Shown here in pieces: positions 53,705-64,000 of a stretch of DNA of 64,000 bases. The first letter of the stretch is position 1. Each line of letters starts with the position of its first letter. The DNA is from Sphaerodactylus townsendi (lineage: Eukaryota), in assembly GCF_021028975.2 (NCBI RefSeq), contig NC_059427.1, positions 125,178,001-125,242,000 on the forward strand. Direction: 5' to 3'. A program made the position numbers and the translations under genes. Below the pieces are notes generated by a model. It was not told the DNA's origin. It was given only the letters and a program-made list of their open reading frames with translations, and did no database searches.

Positions 53705-56700
53705 CTTTAGAATGTATACCTTTCCATCTTATCAGTACTTCCAAAATATAAAATAAACACATTATTGTGTTTGGTACTAATTCAGCTCTCTCTGCATGAT
53801 ACAATCAAGGCAACTGCTTATTTGTCCTTCCAGGATGCCAGGGAGGTCTCCACTTAACCCATTGTGCTGTCTCCAATTTTCTGACTGGGAACATGTGTAC
53901 AATCTGAAACTGAATCAAGAAGGAGCCACATGACCAGTATCAATTTGCACGCAGGGTTTCTCATCCAATTAAGGATAGCCGCTTGGGAGATGGCTTATTT
54001 ACATATATACCCTGAAGCTGCCTCAAGGCAGATGAAATAAACAAAGATATCTGTAAATCTAGGGCTGTTTTGCTTTAAAGTGCGAGTGCTCATAAATAAG
54101 GTTGGACTGGTTTCTACCAGTTTCTCCAATTGAACTTATGAGAGCCCTGAAAAAAGGTGCTGGTATTCAGTACTAGTTAGTACAGTACTATTACTTTTTT
54201 AAAAAGTCCTTTGTAAATCAAATTGGCTTAGTGTCTGGGTTGTGTTAAACCTAGAGTCTATTTGGCCCTCAGATCAAAGCTACCCAGCGTGGTAGCTGGA
54301 CTCAGATCTGCTTTTCCTTGAAATTCCCAGTTTCAGACCGCAAGAACAAAAGCTATTTCTGTAGAAAGCTGATTCAAGGGGAGCGAGGGGGAGGTGTGGA
54401 AACAAAATTAGCCACACAGAGCTTAGTGAGTGTATCCAGCTGGGAACAGCTGGCTAGTTGCCTCTAATGAATCAGAGACCAGACCCATTCTTAAATCTCA
54501 ATGCTTTTCAGCTATTGATTGTTATTACCTCCTGGGGTCTGCCACAAGTGTATGCATGGGAGAGCAAACCTGGTATATGGATGAAAAGCTATGACATCAG
54601 GATTTGCAATCTAAACAGCCATCTGCTGGTGTGGTTAATAAAGGGAAGGATTGATTATGGATCTCAATATTTTCTCCTTAGGGATGGTGTTTCAGAACAG
54701 CCTGTGGTGTTGGTGTGGACTGTGTACTACACACACACGTACACACATAAATATGAATTAAAAATGTATACATATTATGTGTAGTGTTGCAAAGATTAAC
54801 AACTTTACTCAGTTCCGGTGTGCTTTGCTTTTGTGGTATTTAGAATCCGTTATGGATCAAGCTGAGGAGTTAACGGCTTCACTCTTGCTTGGAAGAGGAA
54901 CAAGGCCAGAACTTTCTTACATCATCCTTCAGCTTAACACTGATCAGAAACACTCTTCTTGCTTAAGACCAAATTCCTCAGCTTTGAATATATTTTTGTC
55001 AGGAAGGGAGGAGGAAGGAACCTTTGCACTCACCAAAAAGCAAGGTTTTAGAGGTGAAAAATGTTTCTGGGGAAATGTATCTGTTTCATACGTTACAGAC
55101 AGAAGTGTTCCTTCTCCTTTCTTATACATGTCTTCCATCCTCTGTCCTGCCAACTGCAACTGTCATATTTATATAGTGTTCATAAATATACAGATAAAGT
55201 TAAGAATCCTGAAGCACTTTAAAGACTAAAAAAAAATTCTAGCGTAAACTTTTATGATTCAGAGATGCTGGATTTGTTTCATTCTGCTACTAACATAATT
55301 CCCATCCAGAACAATAATATTACAGGCTTCTTTTTTATGATTTTTTTTGGGGTGTGTGTGTGTGCAATGGTTTGCTGTTTGGACCATTTGATGGTGGCAA
55401 CTGAATTTGATGGACCATTTGATGGTGGCCATTGAATTTTCAGGTTTTCATTAGATGTGTGTTTTGCCAATGAAGACAGGAACATTACCCACTCCATGCG
55501 CGTGCACACACACTCTCTTTCAATGGCATCCCCAACCAGGCTGATCTACAGATGAAGCTCATTTTCTACATGTTTTACCTCATAACGTTATTGAGAAGGG
55601 AAAGGGCATGACAAAAACGTAACAGAGAGTGAGTGCCTGTAGAACAAGTGTAGTAAATCTTCTCAAGACAGATTTATCATTGACTGGGATACCTCTGCAG
55701 TTTATCGTGTGCTTCTCTGAAGATGCAGGGAATATATTATGGCCAACATAACAAAAGTATCTGAGCTGGGTCTGAAACGCATACACACTTTTACAGTTTG
55801 AAGTCTTTAAGAGGCTTATAGTCAGTAATACTGCAATTGACACACTGTTTTTGAGAGGAGCAGTAACAAACTCTGCTTACCTACTAACTTAATTAAGTTC
55901 TTACGAGACTCTTGGCATAATCAGGATACTGATAACTCCTCTGGCTGAAAAATCTACTCTTCAGCCAACTCACCAGTTGGTCAAAAGTTCAAATGCCCCG
56001 CCCCCCGAAATCTTCCCAAAAGAGAATAATATACTAGGAAAAGAAACTACAGTAGAGGTACATCCTTGATAAATAAGGACAATTAGAGCATTACCCATAT
56101 TTCCATGCAAGTGAAAAAGGCAATAGGACCCCTTCGAAGTAAAAAGGTTGTACCAGTTGCTTACTTCTAAAGTGCCAACTTGTATAATCTTTAGTGCTTA
56201 TTTGAATTGCATCACCTCTGTAATGTGGGATTGGTAGGCATAATGCTTTGATTTGAAAAGTAAATTGGTTTGTAGATGCAAATTTCTCTGCATTGAACAG
56301 GAATACATTAACAGTGAACACACAAATTTTGCAAGTTGGCTATTTTAGCATATTGCATCTCAGAAGAAGTAACTGTGCTCTTATATACTTATTACTTCTT
56401 TGTTTTGTTTCAGCCCAGTATATTGTTTGTAGATCACACTTGGATGCCACAGGGCATTGTAAGAAGTTAAATAAGTATTCCAGGTAGATCTAAAGGGGTA
56501 TCAGAAATGAACCCTGCCCAATCATTCCAAAGTGTGCCCTGGTTGCTGTGACCAGCCCAACACATAGCAGGAAAAAAATATTTATGTTAACTGCTGAAGC
56601 ATGAAGTGGAAAACATGATGAAACGGAAATGCTCTGTGAACAATGGGAACTTTGCAATGCAAAGCACATTTATTATTAGGAAATAAAATCCAGTTAATGA

Positions 56701-59700
56701 AGATTTGCTTCTGAGTCACTGCGCTTAGAATTGAGCTGTACGTAGCGCATATCTAGGTCTAAGGAAACCCAAGTTCAAATTCCCCAGTCTGCCTCAACCA
56801 TAGAGTGTTACTTTAGGCTAGCCATTAGTCCTGGCAGGACTACCACGGGTATTGACTAGAATGACATAAGTATTACATTCTTTAATTTCTCCTAAACCCC
56901 AACACTACTGAAGCCTTGATTGTGCTTGGCCTTTTTTCATGCTGACTGCTAGCCCCAGCCCAGTTTGGCAAGCTTTCTGTATTTATCTTATCAGCTTACG
57001 CTGTTTTCTTTTTTTTAGTAGGTCTGTGCCCTTAATAGCTACCTGATGTTCTATTGGTTGACATGTCTCCCCCATGATAATGTCGTGACGGGGAGGAAGC
57101 TACATCTGTTGGATTCTGGTCTATCACACTAGTGTTCTTAAAAACACAGCAGATCTGTTATGAAAAAAAATGTGACAAGACCACCAGCAAATTGGATTGA
57201 AAGTTCATAGAACAACCCAGGCCACTTGGATCAAAAAGTGTGGTCAGACTGACCTGAAGAAGTGAAAGGGAAAATTATAGCCTTTGTTTTTAGTCTTTTA
57301 CAATTGCACACTTTGCATATTCCCCAGCTTTTATGCCTAATAAAGGTTTTTGGATTGGATATTCCCCAGCCTCTTTCAATTGCCTTGTTAATGTTTCATC
57401 CTGCTCTGAATTTTTTGGTATTCCTCCCCCACCCAATGCTGTTGAGGGAGCATTTTGATCTCTAATTGCTGAACAGTGAAATGTATTTATTTAGTAGTTT
57501 TACTTCACCATTCCTCTCAGGAGCCGAGGGGAGTTTACATAATTTTCTTCTCTGCCATGTTGTCCTCACAACAACCCTGTGAAGTAGCTGAATGTGAGTG
57601 ACTGGCCCAAGGTCTCCCAGAAAGCTGCATGGGTGAGTGGGTATTTGATCCTTGGTCTCCCAGGCAATCCTCTGCTGGATTAGTAATGTTTAAAAACAAA
57701 AGGCTTGCATTTCCCAACTTGAGGAAATAATGCATCCACCCAAGGAATTGTTATTTGTTGCCACTGCTGAATGCTAGAGACTGGTCTATTTGAGAAATGG
57801 TTGAGTGATAATGGATTGATAAGCTGAGCTTATCATTCGTATGTTTGCTTTATGGAATCTACTTTGCTCCCAGGTGGAAAAAGAGCACGACAGAAATATA
57901 ACCCTTTCTCTTTCTGCTTTCTTGCTTCAACACAGGCAGGTCAAAGGGGCAGGGCAGCTCAGCCAATGACAGCTAGCCACCTCAGGCCTTTTGACAGCTG
58001 GCTGCTTTCCTCAGCTGTGGACTCTAACCTAACAGGTTAAGACACGTCCACCCAGAAATGAGGAAGCCATCATGTGGTTAAGTGGTCTGGATTTTTATAA
58101 TCTGGAAAACAAACGTTGGAAAATGTGGTGGTGGAGGAGGAAAAAGATGGTGATTGCCGTCCTGGGAAGTGAATGAATTTTTCTCTAGACATCTTTATTC
58201 AGCTGTGGTTTTGCTAACATTAAATAGGATTCATGATTATGAACTTTACTGTGACACAACAACTTACCTTCAGCTTCATTCTTAGGTGGACTTTCATCAC
58301 TAGAGGAAAAGGGGTTTGATATAAGAAGGTGCTGAAACTGTACAATGTATTCTAAGACAGTAATTCTGATCATACTTATTTAGAAGTCTCACTAAACCTA
58401 TGGGGCTTATTTCTGAGTAAATGTAGCTATGCTTGGCCAGGAAAACATATGAGACCAACATGAACCAGTCTGGAAAGATGTAGCAGTTTCTGGTGACTCC
58501 CAAGTTTTTTGCCGGCTCACTCCTGCATTTATTTAGAAGAAGCCCCTTATGGTTTGCTGCACTGCCTTAAGGCTGGAAACATAATTTGTATTATTACCAA
58601 GGTTCCGCCACATTTTAGCCGTACCCATCACAACGGAGCCTACAGCACTATTTAGGCAGCGGCTTGCTCCAGTTAGCCTGTTGTCCCCAGAACAACAGGC
58701 AGGCAGGACTTTGAGCTGAATTGCCTTTGGCTGGCATTGGGACTGAGGCACCTGGCAAATGGAACGCTTGAGGATGACGTGTCCCAGTATTACCAAGTCT
58801 AACAGGCTCCTCTTGCAACCCTGAGCACACACCCTTGTGAAGAAAGAGGACAAGCCTGTTTGCACAACTAAAACAGCTTGTCTTCAGGAAACACACTTGC
58901 ATCTTAGAGTGGGTTGACAACAGCATAAAGGACAATGCAGTTTAGGATTAAACATGGAACCTTGTGTGTGTAAAGCAGATACTCTGCTATTGAGCCATGA
59001 CCCCTCTTCTAAAGCATTAAAAATATAATGTAAACATTTAACTCTTTTGGCTTACTCATGCCTCCTCTTCACTTTTATGTTTCTCCGAGATTTTCTAGGA
59101 ACTCTCATCTCTTTATAGTGTACACTTCCTCTGTAACAATATACTAAAAATCATATGTGTGGCAAGGTCCTGCCTGTATTACAATTTCAGTTAACAAATC
59201 CCATGCTTGGAGCACATGCCATAGTGTTACTACCATGCTGGACTCTCAGAATGACATGTGATATAGTTCAGTTGAAGTAGTTTATTTAAGGCAACAGATT
59301 CAATTTCTAATGAAGTACTTTGAAAAGTTGCAGTGCATGTTCGGTGTTGCCACACATTCCTGCTCCCTTTTTGTCTTTTTCCATAGATGAACATTAGCGT
59401 ATGTGTTCTTCTTATTATGAAGGTACAGTATTTTTTTTCAGCCCAATATATGCTTGTTATCAGCAGGAGCTCAGTACAAAATGAAAAAATCTGCAAAGTT
59501 GATTTGAATACAAACATTTTCTACTGGGAAAAACACACTTCTGTCAGCAGAAAAGTGCAAGAGAAGGGATTCCTGACAATTCCCCCTCCCACTGCAGAGG
59601 GGGAAGAGAACATTTTCTGCTGTGAGTGCTGCTCCTCTCACACTTGATAGGATCCATGACTGTGGCATATTTAGGCTAATTATATCACCTAGTTCCTTCA

Positions 59701-60008
59701 AGTGCAACGGATGTCATCAGCTAAAACAAACCCAACGAATTAGACATTCAACTGCCTTCAGAATAATATTTATTGCTTAAGGACCTACAAAACTGAAGTA
59801 CAACACAAATGATTCATGACATACACAATGTGGTTATTGAGTTACCTTTACTCTGGCTATAGGATGCAAACAAAAGCTGTTGTAGAGCAACAGATAAGCA
59901 CAAATGTCTTCCAATGTGATCACCTGTGCAATCCTATGCAGTTGTTCCAGTCTGTTTTCAGTGAGCTTACATAGGAGTAACTCTGCATAGGACTGAACTT
60001 GTATTGTA

Positions 60009-60307
60009 GAAGAAGAAGAGTTTGGATTTATACCTCCCCTTCCTCTCTTATAGGAGATTCCAAGGGGCTTACAATCTCATTTCCTTCCCCGCCCCCCCAC
60101 AACAAACACCCTGTGAGGTGGGTGGGACTGAAAGAGATCCGTAGAGCTGTCACTAGTCCAAGGTCACCCAGCTGGCATGTGTTGGAGTGCACAAGCTAAT
60201 CTGGTTCCCCAGATAAGCCTCCACAGCTCAAGTGGCAGAGCAGAGAATCAAACCGGGTTCTCCAGGTTAGAGTGCACCTGCTTTTAACCACTACGCCACT
60301 GCTGCTC
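60009..60307 (-). mobile_element. Full-length tRNA-derived squamate SINE
   Basis: Matches 37396-37693. Confidence 0.85.
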
Positions 60308-63300
60308 CTTTTCTCTGTAGGAGAAAAGGTTTCTCCATCCATATTCTACAAATTCTTAATTTCATAAACTTCTATAAAAAGTTTTCCTTCTAACAATTTA
60401 TCGGGAGGTAGGCATCAGGCCAAGGAGTCTAATTTTGTTTACACTCTCCAGATCTTTTATTAGAAATTGGTATTATGTTGACTGTTTTCCAATTTTCTGC
60501 TAAAAAAGGTCAATTTCAGTGACAAGCAGAATATTTGTAACAGAAAACCTGCTGCGCCTGTCAATTTGTCAGTTATGTTTGTCCAGATCGTGTTTTCTTT
60601 GACTGTGTGACAATTTTCTGACACCTTCCCTGAAAAATGTTATTTCTGCAGTTATCTGATGGACATAGTCTGAAGTGATATAAAAAGTTCAGCCTCCCTA
60701 ATTTTTAAAAAAATCTATTAAGTAATTCTGTTACACTGAACAGTCCAAGTACCTCCCTTGATAGGTTCTTATTCCTCATGAGCTCAAATAAAAACTTACA
60801 CTGTTTTAATGGTTTCAGCAATGCCACTTGCTTTATTGACAATTTCATTTGCTTTGCAAGCACACATGGTCATTTAGGCAAGACTTCTACAATATAAAGG
60901 AAGCCTTTTTGCATTTTATAGTTTTCTTGATTCTGTCTGTTAATCACATTTGTCTTCCTCTTGGATTACTTTGTCCACTGTCTAGTTGTGGCATACTCCA
61001 TTTGAGCTTTTATTATAGCATTTTACATAGCATCTGAAAGGTCTGACTCTCCCTTTCACAACCTCTGTTGAATGTCATATGATGTCCCATCACAGACTTT
61101 ATTTTTTCTTCTTTCTCACAATTCCTGTAGCATAAGGTGAGGAATTAGACTCTCAACTCAGCCATGCTTTCTTATCTTACTGTTCATTTCCAGAAGTAAG
61201 GATGTCAAACGCTTAAAATGAGAAATGAATAAAATACATGGCATGCTTAAATTTCATTCTGAAATGACTGATTTATTATGGTTGTTTTTCACAGTGTTGC
61301 TGACTACAGGAATGTCTATTATAGGTATTAATTTATTTAGGTATGGAAAATGATTTTATTTTCATTAAATCCAAGGATGTAAGCTCTGACTCATAAAAGC
61401 TCATACTGAAATAAATGTAATTTTTTAAAGGTGCCGCTGAACTTCTATGCTATAATAGACTAACACAGCTACCCCTCTGGAATGATTCTGAATCTTCCAG
61501 CACAGCTTTACATTCTACACAAATTAAGTGATCCTTGTGCACCCCAACTCTGAATATGTGCCCCTATGACTCAGGATATTCAGGGTATGTATGTTTTTGC
61601 TGAATGTGGTAATTTTCGTTTTCATTTACTTTTCAACAAATTTATAATGGGTCTGGAAAATGGGTGAACCATGAGCAGTTTTGGCAACTGAGTCTCACAG
61701 GTTGCATCCAGGAATGATTAAGGGCATATATAGTTAAAACAGGTACACCCAAGTTATCCCAAGTAACTACAGAATCCTACAGAATACAGTTACAAAAACA
61801 GCACTACACAATTTACCAACAACCTGGTTAATTGGAAAAGGAACAATTTAAAAACAAATGCAGTAGATTAATCAATCTCATTGCTTCAAACGTTTTCATG
61901 TGAAATCACTGGCTAGTACAAACATTCTTTGTATTGTGGACCAGTAGCTTAAAAATAAACCTTGTACACTGGAGAGGTATTTGTTTGTATTAAAATTAAT
62001 GACATCCTTTATGATTATAAGAAACATCTGTTTCAACAAAAAATATGATACATTTAATGGATGCCATACACATTCTTATATCATTTGGCAGGAGATATGA
62101 TGACAACACTAGAATCGACTTGTCAACAGACTCAGGTGAAACAATCACTGTTCTAAAAAATATTGTAAGACAGCAACACGGTATGTGAAGGTCAATAAAC
62201 TTAAGTTTAATTACACAGCCAGTAGACCTGTTGTGGATGGTGCCTCAGAAGGAGTTAATTCTATGCCTACACATGGAAACACAGGTCCCATTTGCCGCAT
62301 GTACCATACTTCCTTTCACCAATGTTGGTTGTGGCACCAACTAACAGGCACAATGACTTTCTAAGAATGTTCTAGGACATTTTGAACTCCAAGAACATTC
62401 TAGAAAAAATTCTAAGCAGGTTTACGTGGAAGTAAGTTCCATTTTGGTCAAAAGTCCTTACTTCCAGAAATTCATGGTTAGGATTACAGCCTCTGATAGT
62501 GACCTGAAAAATTACTATTCAATGAAACAATTTAAGAGAGACTCTAATAGAAGACTGGATTTATCTGAAAATTTGAATGATTTAGATCTCATTTGCGACC
62601 ATTTTTTCTCTCTCAGTACGTTTTATTCTGCATACACTATTGTGAATCAAATAGTCCATTCAAAGCACCTAAGCAGATGGTATTGTATTTCAATTACCCC
62701 TGAAATTAAGGGTGCTTTTTGTATGCGTGTAGGCTTTACAGAGACGTCTCAAGTCTGTACCTCTTGCATTTCATTTTGACCTCATTGTTCACTTATCATT
62801 TCTCCTTGTGCCTATTATGTATGCGTCTGGTAATCATGCATCTAAATAAGTATTTTGTTCTCTTCTGCCAAATAACATATCCCTATGCAAAATTACTCAG
62901 GTCTAAGTCCACTGAAATCAAGACGGTAATGTAAACTTGATAACAAGGTCCTATAAAACTCTTTCCCCCGTCTTTAAAATAGAGATTGTTCTGCCCAACA
63001 AAAAAGTATTCTAGTAGAATCCTAGATTACATATTTAGATTAATTTTTTGTCATTGCAATATATGAAAAGGCCACGGAGCGTACATGTATTAAAAGTGGA
63101 TTGCACCAGAGTGAAAGAAGTCCTCCCAAACAGTCTTTCTCTGCTTAAAACTTACACGTTCAAGGAACATTAACTCCTCCCCCTCAACCGTCTTGCCGGT
63201 ACCTTTTTGCATACAGTTACTCAATAGCGCCCCCCATTTCCCTACACGCCCGGAAGTGCTTGCTAATTCACTCCTTTGCCTTTCCAGGTCACTTATTAAC

Positions 63301-63459
63301 CGCGGCCCAGTCAGAATCAAACACGAACAAGATTTCACAGCGGCACGCAAAAACGCATGCGCGGCTGCCGCTACAGAACGGGCGTGTCTTTCAATGCCAC
63401 GTTCCAAAGGAGAAAGGTGAAACGACGGAGGGCTGGGAGAACGGGCTTTCGTTGAAGTT

Positions 63460-63740
63460 TACCCAATCAGAAGCACTTGTGTAGCGGTCCAAGAAGAGAG
63501 ATGTGATCCAATCAGAGACGGTAATGTGATTAGATTAGCCAATCGAAGACGATGGAGCAGGAGAGACCCAACAGGTCTGTTTGGAAATGGCAGGAAAGAT
63601 GACGTGACTGTTTGGGTGACCAATCAAAGCTTTCGGGCGGGCTTAGGCGCTGCGCCAGCTCAATAAGAACAGAAGGAGTAGGCGGCCTGACGTAGCCAAT
63701 AAACGGAAGCCGGAGAGGGAGGGGGCGGGTTTATAAGCTG
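63460..63740 (+). promoter_or_regulatory. P4HB: P4HB promoter: CCAAT array, UPRE/CRE-like sites, GC boxes, TATA
   Basis: CCAAT at 63463, 63508, 63539, 63620 and 63696. TGACGTGA at 63600, TGACGTA at about 63688, GGGGCGGG, and TTATAA at about 63731. Confidence 0.85.
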
Positions 63741-63828
63741 GGGGGCGGGCGCGTCGGGTCCTCTTTGCCGTGGATTCTCGTTGTCCTGTCCCTTCGCCCG
63801 CGATCCCGCCGCTCTCCTTTGTGCCGCC

Positions 63829-63988
63829 ATGAAGACCGCCGTGCTCTGGTCTCCGCTGATCTGTTTGCTGCTGCTGGGCCGAGTCTCCGCCGACGAGGAG
63901 ATCGAGGACGAGGAGGGCGTGCTGGTGCTCAAGGGGGTCAACTTCGATCGGGCGCTGGAGCAGTTCCCGCATCTCCTGGTGGAGTTCT
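63829..63988 (+). CDS. P4HB: Protein disulfide-isomerase, coding exon 1 (gene continues beyond the window)
   Basis: Kozak GCCGCCATG. MKTAVLWSPLICLLLLGRVSA-DEEIEDEEGVLVLKGVNFDRALEQFPHLLVEF, then a phase-1 donor T|GTGAGT just before the expected YAPWCGHC. Syntenic position. Confidence 0.93.
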
Positions 63989-64000
63989 GTGAGTGGAGGC

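Noticed and set aside
52458-55440. Short tandem duplications (19 bp at about 52459, 31 bp at about 55380) as a CRISPR-like or functional array
   Set aside because: Only two copies each with no spacers. These are ordinary slippage duplications in a eukaryotic genome.
47602-63000. Additional protein-coding gene between ARHGDIA and P4HB (e.g. ORFs 47602-48117 and 54777-55229)
   Set aside because: No recognisable domains or coherent exon chain. The region is AT-rich and repeat-laden.

Overview
This is vertebrate genomic DNA, and the repeat content points to a squamate, probably a gecko. It carries the NPB(-), ANAPC11(-), ALYREF(+), ARHGDIA(+), P4HB(+, exon 1 only) cluster, in the same order as human 17q25.3. 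The four complete genes splice into intact ORFs with GT-AG introns. The most striking feature is a nested, rearranged transposon complex at about 4.9-12.3 kb. A betaretrovirus-like provirus (tRNA-Phe PBS, gag-pro, only a trace of pol) inserted into a non-autonomous Helitron. A later inversion of about 770 bp flipped its 3' LTR, the Helitron 5' end and half a SINE, so the two LTRs now face each other. A second, oppositely oriented copy of the Helitron, itself carrying a hAT MITE, lies next to it. Elsewhere there are Penelope-type remnants with hammerhead-ribozyme cores, a CR1 3' fragment, several hAT MITEs with 8-bp TSDs (one SPIN-like), a Tc/mariner-type element, and tRNA- and 5S-derived SINEs. 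Everything was read by eye. Repeat family names come from recalled consensus features, not database searches.
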